This document shows, piece after piece, positions 18,490 to 27,247 of a stretch of 64,000 bases of DNA (position 1 is its first letter; the number at the start of each line of letters is the position of its first letter). This stretch comes from Micavibrio sp. TMED27 (GTDB lineage: Bacteria; Pseudomonadota; Alphaproteobacteria; Micavibrionales; Micavibrionaceae), in NCBI GenBank assembly GCA_002167715.1, contig NHCG01000002.1, positions 987-64,986 on the forward strand, given 5' to 3'. A program made the position numbers and the translations under genes. The notes under the pieces are model-generated. The model made no database searches and was not told where the DNA came from. It worked only from the letters and a program-made list of their open reading frames with translations.

Positions 18490-21400
18490 ATTGTCGATTA
18501 AAAAGAGTTTTTTAAAATCCCTAACGATCATGATGGTCTTTTTCTTTATGCTTATGAGCATATTGACCTCATTGGTTATCATGCCACAGCTGAGCCATAT
18601 CTTTGATAGGCAACATATTAGAGATTCTATTGGCACGCTCCAACTAGAAGCAGAATTGTTAAGACGTTTTGTTAAAGATAAACAGCAACATCTCGAAAGT
18701 CTTGCGGCTTCGCCAATAGTTATAAACTCAGCGTTACTCGCGAGTGCTGATGATCCTGATTTGCTAGATCTGCTTAATAACTACATTATAAATACCGAAA
18801 AAGCTCACCTCCTGCTGCAGGATATTGCTGGAGGGGTTATATATAAGACAGATGACAAAATTAAGGGCGACTTTTCAGCAGATTCCAATTGGTTTGAAGC
18901 GCTGATAACTCAAAAAACATCTTATAATTTTAAATTGCTCCCCCAAGAAGGCGACGAACTACGGTTTATTCTCTCAGTACCGGTACTTTATCAAGGTAGC
19001 ACTGAAGGGATATTAAGCGCGTATATATCCACGCCTATTGATAATGTTTTTAGCCCGCAGCTTATAACGAATGATAGTGCTTTTAAGTTAAAGCAAAATA
19101 ACATAATAGCAAAAACGAGAAGCGACCATATTCAAATGCCTAAAGAGGTTTCAACGATTATGGTCGAAAAAAATCTCGAGCTTATATATGTCAGCGATGC
19201 AACTTATATTGAAAAAGAAAGAGACCGTATTAATGGCGTTATCCTGAGCGTTATATTTATGGGTTTTTTAGTGTCTTTCTTTATTTTCCTGCTCTTCAAT
19301 ATTTATTCATTTAAGAACGAAGAAGCCACAACGCATAAAACCAATCTTTTGAATTACATGGTTCCTATTTGTGTTTGTTTATTTGGTGTGACAGCCAGTA
19401 TTTCTGCATCCAGCTTACTGAACAGTATATTAAATAATCAAAAATATCAGGATGTGTTAGCGGAAAATAATGTTCAGATTTTAAGTGTTGTACGTTCCAT
19501 AGAACAGCATATTGAGGTTTTAAATAGCCTCAGATCTTTTTGGGATGCTTCGGATTTTGTATCCAGGAATGATTTTCAAAATTTTATTGCTCCTATGTTG
19601 ATAAAACATGAAAACATAGAAGCTGCTATATGGGTTCCGCATACTACTCGCAACGAGCGCCCAGAGTTGGAAGAAAAAGCGCGAAGAGATGGTATAACAA
19701 ATTATCAGATTCTGGAGCGCAATCAGGATGGATTAGAGGTCACAGCGAAAGATCGTGATCGCTATGCGCCTGTTTTCTTCGCAGCACCGAAAAGCTTAAG
19801 TGAGAAATTACTCGGGTTTGATCTATTGATGAGCCCGCAGAGTAAAGAAGCAATGATACAAGCTGAGAAACTTGGTACATCTATTGCCTCCGCACCGATA
19901 GAATTTGGAACACCGGACGAAAAACGAGCGGCTATTGTAATATTTAATCCCGTTTTCAAGACCACAGATGAGGGAGAAAGCGTCCTAGAGGGACATGTCG
20001 GTGTTATTCTTCTAATTGATCAGATCGTTGATACAGTTAAAAGAACCTATTTCCACTCAACAAGTATTTTCATTCTGGATATCACACAAGAAAATGATCC
20101 TATTACAATTTATGGCGGGATGAATCTTAAAAATATGCGTCAGGATTTAGCATTAGTTGAGACGGTGAATATCGCGGGAAGACAGTGGGAATTCATCGCT
20201 TATCCAAATTCAGATTTCCATACCAACATCAATAATTCCTTACCATGGATTATCTTGTTTTTGGGGTGCTTATTTTCCGCGGCCATTACCTTTACCCTTG
20301 TTCAGCTTATTCGTCGAAACCAAGCCAATGAACAGCTGAAGGAAATAATAACCCTTAAGCTCTCCGATAGTGAAAATAAGATGCAGGCTATTGTAGATAG
20401 TACAGTTGACGGCATTATCACTATTAATAAAAACGGTATTGTTGAGAGTTACAATGCTGCTTGCTCAAAGATATTTGGTTATAATTATGACGAAGTTGTT
20501 GGACGAAACATCATTATGTTGATGCCGGAGCCTTATAAGTCCGAGCATGATAAATATCTCAAAAATTACCAAAGAACCGGAACCAAGAAAATTATAGGTA
20601 CTGGACGCGAAGTTGAAGGCAGGAGAAAAGATGGCTCTACCTTCCCTCTTGAATTGGCTGTAGCTGAAGTGAAAATTCATGGCCGCATATTATATGCAGG
20701 TGTTTTAAGAGATATTTCTGAACGAAAAGAAGCGGAAGCAAGAATTTTAGAGGCCAATGAACAGCTCAAACTCCTACAAGAATCCGTAGAGAATATTGAT
20801 AGTATGATTGCTATTGCGGAGGCTGGTGATATCGATGACGACATGAAGATTATTTATGCTAGTGGCGGCATTGAAAAAATGTCAGGCTACGCTCCCCATG
20901 AACTACTAGGGAAATCACCGTTTATTTTGCAATGTGAAGAAACGGATAAAAAAATTATTAGCAAAATAAGAAATTGCTTAATCCAAGAGGTCGAGTTTAA
21001 AGGAGAGCTTTTAAACCAACATAAAGATGGCAGTACATTTTGGGCACATATGAGCATATACCCAATTAAAGATGCACAAGGAAAAGTGAAATATTTCACT
21101 TTTGTACAGCGCGATATCACTGAATCACGCGCTGTTATACAGGAGATTATTCGTTCTAATGTTGAGCTTGAGCGCTTTGCATATTTAGCATCACACGATC
21201 TTCAAGAACCCCTTAGGATGGTTACAAATTTCACATCTTTGTTATCAAAAAAATATGAAGATCAGCTTGATGAAACAGCTCAAGAATATATCAAGTTTGC
21301 CTATGACGGCGCCAAAAGAATGCAAGAACTTGTAAATGATTTGCTAGAATATGCACGTGTTGGCCCTGATGCAGAGTCATATGAAGAAGTAGAGTTCTTG

Positions 21401-21850
21401 CAGCTTTTAAAACTAACCGAAGATAACCTGCAAGAAGCAATCAATGAAAGCGGTGCAAAAATAATTTATAAGCCCGAAGATTGTCCTGTAGTTTTAACAA
21501 ATCCTGTAAGGCTCATACGTGTACTCCAAAACCTCATAGGTAATGCCATTAAATACCGTAAAGAAGGCGCAGCACCTGAGATCAATATACGTATCGAAGA
21601 TCAGCAAGATTTTTGGGAATTTACTTTCCAAGATAATGGCATAGGCATGAAACAAAAATACGAAAACAAAATATTCGAGCCTTTTAAAAGGCTTCATAAA
21701 AATAACGCATACAGTGGTACAGGTATGGGTCTTGCCATTTGCCGTAAAATTATAGAAGGTTTCGGAGGGCGAATGTGGATGAAGTCAGAACTAGATAAAG
21801 GCTCTACTTTCTTTTTCACAATTCCAAAACAGGGTTCTAAAAAAGGATAA
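18482..21850 (+). CDS. Four-TM sensor histidine kinase: periplasmic domain 1 (Cache-like), CHASE domain, 2 x PAS, HisKA, HATPase_c
   Basis: TMs at about aa 13-33, 252-275, 291-315 and 587-610. CHASE-like segment (IEAAIWVPH...RDRYAPVFFAAP...GFDLLMSPQSKEAM...). PAS segments (VDGIITINKNGIVESYN..., GKSPFILQCEETD...). H-box LASHDLQEPLRMV. G-boxes DNGIGM and GTGMGLAIC. Confidence 0.85.
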   Translation: MNKLSIKKSFLKSLTIMMVFFFMLMSILTSLVIMPQLSHIFDRQHIRDSIGTLQLEAELLRRFVKDKQQHLESLAASPIVINSALLASADDPDLLDLLNNYIINTEKAHLLLQDIAGGVIYKTDDKIKGDFSADSNWFEALITQKTSYNFKLLPQEGDELRFILSVPVLYQGSTEGILSAYISTPIDNVFSPQLITNDSAFKLKQNNIIAKTRSDHIQMPKEVSTIMVEKNLELIYVSDATYIEKERDRINGVILSVIFMGFLVSFFIFLLFNIYSFKNEEATTHKTNLLNYMVPICVCLFGVTASISASSLLNSILNNQKYQDVLAENNVQILSVVRSIEQHIEVLNSLRSFWDASDFVSRNDFQNFIAPMLIKHENIEAAIWVPHTTRNERPELEEKARRDGITNYQILERNQDGLEVTAKDRDRYAPVFFAAPKSLSEKLLGFDLLMSPQSKEAMIQAEKLGTSIASAPIEFGTPDEKRAAIVIFNPVFKTTDEGESVLEGHVGVILLIDQIVDTVKRTYFHSTSIFILDITQENDPITIYGGMNLKNMRQDLALVETVNIAGRQWEFIAYPNSDFHTNINNSLPWIILFLGCLFSAAITFTLVQLIRRNQANEQLKEIITLKLSDSENKMQAIVDSTVDGIITINKNGIVESYNAACSKIFGYNYDEVVGRNIIMLMPEPYKSEHDKYLKNYQRTGTKKIIGTGREVEGRRKDGSTFPLELAVAEVKIHGRILYAGVLRDISERKEAEARILEANEQLKLLQESVENIDSMIAIAEAGDIDDDMKIIYASGGIEKMSGYAPHELLGKSPFILQCEETDKKIISKIRNCLIQEVEFKGELLNQHKDGSTFWAHMSIYPIKDAQGKVKYFTFVQRDITESRAVIQEIIRSNVELERFAYLASHDLQEPLRMVTNFTSLLSKKYEDQLDETAQEYIKFAYDGAKRMQELVNDLLEYARVGPDAESYEEVEFLQLLKLTEDNLQEAINESGAKIIYKPEDCPVVLTNPVRLIRVLQNLIGNAIKYRKEGAAPEINIRIEDQQDFWEFTFQDNGIGMKQKYENKIFEPFKRLHKNNAYSGTGMGLAICRKIIEGFGGRMWMKSELDKGSTFFFTIPKQGSKKG

Positions 21851-21855
21851 ATATT

Positions 21856-22305
21856 ATGAAACAATCCGCTATGTCACGACCAATAGAAATCCTGCTTGTT
21901 GAAGATAATGTTGGTGATGTGGTATTAACCCGAGAAGCATTTAAAGAGTCCAAACTACACAATAAGCTTAATGTTGTTCAGGATGGTGAAGAAGCTCTAG
22001 ATTATTTATATAAGCGCAGCGGATTTGAAAATGTGAACACACCAGATATTATTCTTCTCGATTTAAATATCCCTAAAATGGATGGCACAGAAGTTTTAGC
22101 AAAAATTAAAGAAGATGAAGATTTAAAGCGTATTCCTACGGCAATTTTAACCAGTTCTAAAGCCGAACAGGATATTGTTAAATCTTATGACTTGCATGCT
22201 AATAGCTATGTTCTAAAGCCCGTAGATATGGCTACGTTTAAAGAAGTTGCAAAGGCGATTGAGAACTTCTGGTTTGCAGTCGTTTTATTACCCCCACATG
22301 AGTAA
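21856..22305 (+). CDS. Stand-alone response-regulator receiver (Rcp1-like)
   Basis: ILLVEDNVGDVVL, PDIILLDLNIPKMDG, LTSS, YVLKP and a FW(F/G)xVxLLP tail. No output domain. Confidence 0.85.
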   Translation: MKQSAMSRPIEILLVEDNVGDVVLTREAFKESKLHNKLNVVQDGEEALDYLYKRSGFENVNTPDIILLDLNIPKMDGTEVLAKIKEDEDLKRIPTAILTSSKAEQDIVKSYDLHANSYVLKPVDMATFKEVAKAIENFWFAVVLLPPHE

Positions 22306-22308
22306 AAT

Positions 22309-22992
22309 ATGAGTGCATCATCCAAAGAGCTTGAAAAGATATTATATACTATATCGCATGATTTGAGCGCACCACTAAGGCATATAAAATTTTTTGGTGA
22401 AATGCTGTTCCAAAAATTAGATGATAAGGTTGATGAAGAAGATCGCGAGTATCTTGAATATATGCAAGAGAGCGTTGTTAAGCTTGAAAAAATGATATCA
22501 GCATTAATGGATTATTCTCATCTTAGTGAAGGCGAAGAATTTCATGATGATTTTCAGTGCTTAGAAACAATCCACTCCGCCGCAGAAATTTTTGAGGAAG
22601 AGCTCAATAAGATCGGGGCTGAGATTGGCTATGAGAATATCCCCAATACAATCAAGGGGCATAAGGGCCAATTTTATCAGCTATTTTCTTACCTCATTCA
22701 TAATTCTATTTTGCACTACCGCGGCAATAATCCACTCAAAATACATATCTCTGCTGAAGAGTGTTCAGGTCAATGGCACTTTAAAGTTCAAGATAACGGC
22801 GAAGGTATACCAGAAAACCAGTATGAAAATGTATTTTCATTTTTCAAACGGCTTGATCCTCAAGATGGGCATACGGGTATGGGGATTGGCTTAACTCTTG
22901 CAAAAAAGATTATTGAAAACCACGGCGGTGCTATTTGGATCGAAACAAACAACCAAAATTTCTCAATCATCTTCACAATAAGCCCCTCTTAA
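22309..22992 (+). CDS. Soluble histidine kinase (HisKA + HATPase_c only)
   Basis: H-box ISHDLSAPLRHI, plus DNGEGI and GMGIGLTLAKKIIENHGG. No TM or sensor domain. Confidence 0.8.
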   Translation: MSASSKELEKILYTISHDLSAPLRHIKFFGEMLFQKLDDKVDEEDREYLEYMQESVVKLEKMISALMDYSHLSEGEEFHDDFQCLETIHSAAEIFEEELNKIGAEIGYENIPNTIKGHKGQFYQLFSYLIHNSILHYRGNNPLKIHISAEECSGQWHFKVQDNGEGIPENQYENVFSFFKRLDPQDGHTGMGIGLTLAKKIIENHGGAIWIETNNQNFSIIFTISPS

Positions 22993-23360
22993 AAATTATT
23001 TTTTTCGCGTAGCGGAACTGATTTTATTGCTATCAATATTTATATACTGTTTTACACTGTATATCGACAAAAACTAAGCTCAATAAAGATTATTGGCCAG
23101 TTCAATTCGTTTCGTATTTATAGTAAAAGTAGTGAGATATTTTTAAATTTACATCAGCATATAGTTTATATGAGGGCCGGTTTATAGTGATGGATATAAC
23201 GCAATTTATGTCCAATATCCTATCGAAAACTATAATTCATATTTATTTACAATGACTTAAGAGGTTAAATTACAGCAAATCCTGATAAAATTAACACTAG
23301 GTATGTCCGCAGCCATATGGAACATGTTATTAAAATATTCGGCTAATAGATTGATATAAT

Positions 23361-25421
23361 TTAATTATTCGAAGAAAAAACAGGCAGGCTTAGTGTGAAA
23401 CACACACCTTTACCAGATGCAGGGCGATTATATTCGATATGCCCTCCTAATATATCTGCGCTTTTTTTAACCATATATAATCCAAGCCCAGAACCAAAAG
23501 ACGCAGCCTTATGAAAACGTTGAAACATTTCAAAAAGCTGTGCTTCATCCTGCGGCTCAATCCCTAACCCATTATCCTCGACAGATAAATAAAAACTATT
23601 ATTCTTTTGAGAGCTAGAAACTTTGATATATGGCTCAGCTTCAGCAGGATCGTAATATTTAACAGCATTTGAAATTAAGTTATCAATGATGAGCTGCATA
23701 CGTATTTTGTGAGATTTAACTTGCCGGCACCCCATATCCGTTACAACTTTAATATTCTTCTCAACATGTATATGTCCTAATTTTTCAAAGCTTTGATCAA
23801 TTAGGGATTGTAGATCCAGATTTTGTGGCGCTTCCTTAATCTTACTAACAAATGTGAGTGATAGAATATCAGCAATCAGCGCATCCATTTGTGAGAGTGA
23901 TTTTTTCACGTTGCTATATGTATTTTGTGCCCCTGCAACATCTTCTGCTTTAAGCTGCGTTTGCATGTTCTCTAGATTTTGGATGGCCGATAATATAGGC
24001 GCCTTTAAATCATGCGCTGTTTGGTACGCAAATTGCTCCAACTCTGCATTCACCCCCCTTAGATCGTCAATTAAATGCTCCCTCTCATTCTTGGTTATAT
24101 TGCGGTAAATTTCATGACCAAGATATTGAGAGATTAAGTTTATGAAAGCCTTTTCACGTTCAGAAAATGGTTGAACTCGCGCATCTTTTGAAGAAAAATT
24201 TACCGTACCATATGGCCGATTATTAACAAAAATTTTCGTTCCTATGTAAGCATTTAAGCCAAAATGCTCATAACATGGATGAGTTTTAATTTCACTCATC
24301 CCTGCATTATGCCATGCCTGTGGGGTATCAGACTTAAAGGTAAAAGAACAGTAAGTATTCCCGAGTGAAAAGAGCTGATCTTGTTTTATATGTGTGTAAT
24401 CAGACGCAAATTTCACATGATAATCATCAAAATTAATCTCACTTATAATGCCGAGCTCTAGACCAAAATATTGTGTTCCAAGTTTAAGAATATCTTTCAT
24501 ACGCTTTTCGAACGGTCTATGTGCGTCAGATACAATAAGATGAATTTGATTCAGAACCTCTTCCTCTTGAAACTTTTCAATATGAATCTTTTTCAGAGCT
24601 TTTTCTTTTTCAATCAGCAATTTATTTAATTTTTGATATTGAACAGCTCTCGAAACTACGCTTTTTGCATTTTCAGGAGATAACTGGGATTTAACCATAT
24701 AATTATCCGCCCCATTCTTAATGGAGCTGACGGCAATTTCCTCGCTCCCTTGACCTGTCATGATAATGACCGGAAGAAACGGGTTATGTTGCTTTATGGT
24801 TTGAAGAACCGTAATACCATCTGCACCCGGTAATGAATAATCTAATAGAATGCAATGAAACTCATGCTCCTTAATAGTCTCTACAACATGTTGACTAGAG
24901 GATAATTCAACGAAATCATATTCAGTGTCTTTATTCTTACGCAAGGCGCGCATGCAGACCTCACGGTCATCTTCATTATCATCAATGACCAGCACTAATA
25001 GACGTTCATTTTCAAACTGCTCCGCGGCCATATGTTCATGAGTACGTACCGCTTTTTCAATCGTATATTTCAGTATTTCGGGTGTAGCTGTATTCGTTTC
25101 TACAAAATCACTCACACCATTTTTGAATTGATAGATAGCCATATCGGTATTGTCATGGTCACAAAGGATAATGACGGGCAAATCAGGCCTTAGATGAAAT
25201 AGTTTTTTGAAAAAATCATGATCGCTTTGCTGCTGCGTAGAATATGAGACAAGGATACAGTCATATGAACCTTGCTCAATATCTGTGAAAAAATCATTCT
25301 GGCTATCCTGAAAAATCAGAAAATACTCATGTGTAGATGAAGACTTTAGATAGCTTTGACACAAACGTACATCATCAATATTGTCGCTATAAACTAAAAT
25401 TTTATAATCAGTTTTCATCAT
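23361..25421 (-). CDS. Hybrid kinase: pseudo-receiver, receiver, GAF, HisKA, HATPase_c
   Basis: REC1 lacks the acceptor Asp (YDCILVSYS) and the conserved Lys. REC2 is canonical (VLVIDDNEDD, HCILLDYSLPGADG, MTGQG, VKS). A GAF-like middle region follows. H-box TAHDLKAPIL, plus DNGLGI and GSGLGLYMV. Confidence 0.85.
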   Translation of the reverse strand: MMKTDYKILVYSDNIDDVRLCQSYLKSSSTHEYFLIFQDSQNDFFTDIEQGSYDCILVSYSTQQQSDHDFFKKLFHLRPDLPVIILCDHDNTDMAIYQFKNGVSDFVETNTATPEILKYTIEKAVRTHEHMAAEQFENERLLVLVIDDNEDDREVCMRALRKNKDTEYDFVELSSSQHVVETIKEHEFHCILLDYSLPGADGITVLQTIKQHNPFLPVIIMTGQGSEEIAVSSIKNGADNYMVKSQLSPENAKSVVSRAVQYQKLNKLLIEKEKALKKIHIEKFQEEEVLNQIHLIVSDAHRPFEKRMKDILKLGTQYFGLELGIISEINFDDYHVKFASDYTHIKQDQLFSLGNTYCSFTFKSDTPQAWHNAGMSEIKTHPCYEHFGLNAYIGTKIFVNNRPYGTVNFSSKDARVQPFSEREKAFINLISQYLGHEIYRNITKNEREHLIDDLRGVNAELEQFAYQTAHDLKAPILSAIQNLENMQTQLKAEDVAGAQNTYSNVKKSLSQMDALIADILSLTFVSKIKEAPQNLDLQSLIDQSFEKLGHIHVEKNIKVVTDMGCRQVKSHKIRMQLIIDNLISNAVKYYDPAEAEPYIKVSSSQKNNSFYLSVEDNGLGIEPQDEAQLFEMFQRFHKAASFGSGLGLYMVKKSADILGGHIEYNRPASGKGVCFTLSLPVFSSNN

Positions 25422-25428
25422 TTATGAA

Positions 25429-25854
25429 TCATTTTTTAGGAAGAATAGCCACACCAAACCAATAATCTTTTATAGTTTTAACCGCCTCTGTTAAGCTTTC
25501 AAAGTTTACTGGTTTTTGAATATAGGTGCTTGCACCCAGTCTATAACACATTTCAATATCAATCGGATCCCCGGATGTTGTCAGGATAATGACTGGAATT
25601 TTTTTAGTTTTATCATTGTCTTTAATACGCTGTAACACTTGCCGGCCATCAATACCTGGCATATTTAAATCCAATAAAACTAAATCAGGCATCTGCTTGT
25701 TATTGTTTTCAAATAGATAGTCTAAAGCCTCTTGACCTGACTGGCACCAATGAACCGGATTTATAAAGTGATTTTTTTCTAAACTTCTCTGAGTCGCTTC
25801 AAAATCATCTTCGTTATCCTCAACTAATAAAATCATGGGGGGGGTCTTAGACAT
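25429..25854 (-). CDS. Stand-alone response-regulator receiver (Rcp1-like); the start may be ATG 25854 or ATG 25836
   Basis: MILLVEDNEDDFE, PDLVLLDLNMPGIDG, LTTS, YIQKP and a DYWFGVAILP tail. ATG 25854 overlaps the upstream kinase stop (ATGTCTAA). A C8 tract lies between the two candidate ATGs. Confidence 0.85.
   Translation of the reverse strand: MSKTPPMILLVEDNEDDFEATQRSLEKNHFINPVHWCQSGQEALDYLFENNNKQMPDLVLLDLNMPGIDGRQVLQRIKDNDKTKKIPVIILTTSGDPIDIEMCYRLGASTYIQKPVNFESLTEAVKTIKDYWFGVAILPKK
25837..25844 (-). repeat. Homopolymeric C8 tract (G8 on the plus strand) at codons 4-6 of the receiver gene
   Basis: The plus strand reads aatcat-GGGGGGGG-tcttag. The minus strand reads ATG TCT AAG ACC CCC CCC ATG. 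Confidence 0.95.
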
Positions 25855-27247
25855 TTTGCTGATCCATATTCAATGTAAAATAAAAAGTTGTATATTCACC
25901 TAGATTTGAGTCTACCCATATACGTCCATTATGACGCTCTACAATCTTCTTTACAAAAGTTAACCCCACGCCAGAGCCTCTTATTTTTTCATCTTCTTCA
26001 TTTAATCTCTTAAAAATGCGGAATACGCTTTCATAGAAAACAGGATCAATCCCAATGCCATTATCTTTAACGTAAAATAACAAAGTTTTATCCTCTTGAA
26101 TAGAAAAGCCAATTTCAATAATTTTAGTGTCCTTATCATTATACTTAATAGCATTCGTAATTAAATTTCTATAAAGCTCAGTGATTTTCGTTTTATCGCA
26201 TATAATCGTAGGTAGTTTTTGAGGGATGTGAATTTGTACATTTTCTTCCTCAATTGTATTTTCCATCAATGATATGATGTCTTTTATAACTTCATTGAGA
26301 TCTGTTTCCCTTATAGCTAATTCATGACGGCCTAATCTTGAAAAATACAACAGATCATCAATCAATTTTTCCATCCGCGCACATAGATGTATCATACGAT
26401 TTAAACGTTTTTGTGCCCCTTGATCCAGCTGCTCTCCATAATCTTCTTGTAAAAAAGACGCATTATTTGCCAGTCCGCGAAGTGGTTCCTTTAAATCATG
26501 TGATGCAATATAGGCAAAATCATCAAGTTCTTGATTGCTTATCTTTAGCTTAAAGTTTTTGTCTTCTATTTCCTTCATAGATTTAGCAATTAAGTATGTC
26601 ATAGGCTCAAAAATAAATGTGATTTCAAGCGTTAATATGACTAAACCAATAATGAATAATATAACGTGCAAATCCTTACTTTGCTGGACTCGTCCCAATG
26701 CCTCTTTTTCATATTGAGTAACCACCTGATCTAATTGAAACAATACTTTATCAAGCGCCAGTGCGACTAGTTGATCAACCTCTTTTGATCCTTTAGAAAC
26801 ATCTACTCCTGAGATTTTAAAGGTTTCCTTTATTTGCAAGGCAAGGTTAAAAAATTTATCCAGATTTTCATTTAAGCCTTCTGGTGCAAATATAAGCCGT
26901 TTTGTTTCTTCGCTAATTTGAATATTAAAACCATTCAAAGTCTCTTCACCGCTTAAATATTTATGGTTTTGTTTAAGAGTCTCTAAAGCACTAGAGAGCT
27001 TAGAAATATAATCTTGCCTCGCTTCATCTGTGATATTGTGATAGGCAATCATATGTGAAAGTAAGGCTATACGCTGCGAGAGCATACGCTGCTTACCACT
27101 CATATTAATGACTTTTGAGTCATCTGCGCCGCGCGCAACATGCTGATTAAAAACAAAGAAGCTAGCTATTAAAACAAAAGCAATCAATCCAACGGCTAAA
27201 ACATAACGCCGTTCTAATGATTGACTAATGTTTAGATTATGAAACAT
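25847..27247 (-). CDS. Membrane sensor histidine kinase with a PilJ/NarX-type periplasmic sensor module
   Basis: TM1 YVLAVGLIAFVLIASFFVF. Periplasmic INMSGKQRMLSQRIALLSHMIAY. TM2 LHVILFIIGLVILTLEITFIF. H-box IASHDLKEPLRGL, plus DNGIGI and GSGVGLTFV. Confidence 0.85.
   Translation of the reverse strand: MFHNLNISQSLERRYVLAVGLIAFVLIASFFVFNQHVARGADDSKVINMSGKQRMLSQRIALLSHMIAYHNITDEARQDYISKLSSALETLKQNHKYLSGEETLNGFNIQISEETKRLIFAPEGLNENLDKFFNLALQIKETFKISGVDVSKGSKEVDQLVALALDKVLFQLDQVVTQYEKEALGRVQQSKDLHVILFIIGLVILTLEITFIFEPMTYLIAKSMKEIEDKNFKLKISNQELDDFAYIASHDLKEPLRGLANNASFLQEDYGEQLDQGAQKRLNRMIHLCARMEKLIDDLLYFSRLGRHELAIRETDLNEVIKDIISLMENTIEEENVQIHIPQKLPTIICDKTKITELYRNLITNAIKYNDKDTKIIEIGFSIQEDKTLLFYVKDNGIGIDPVFYESVFRIFKRLNEEDEKIRGSGVGLTFVKKIVERHNGRIWVDSNLGEYTTFYFTLNMDQQNV

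Noticed and set aside
23046-23062. ACTGTTTTACACTGTAT, superficially like a LexA CTGT-N8-ACAG box.
   Set aside because: The two halves are direct repeats (CTGT...CTGT), not inverted, so this is not an SOS-box palindrome. It also lies between convergent gene ends.
22993-23360. 368-bp AT-rich non-coding spacer between the convergent kinase operons; considered as a possible sRNA or small-protein locus.
   Set aside because: It contains only trivial ORFs (for example a 22-codon MDITQFMSNILSKTIIHIYLQ*) and 6-bp inverted repeats. I could not define a promoter/terminator pair or a stable structure by eye. Transcriptomics would be needed.
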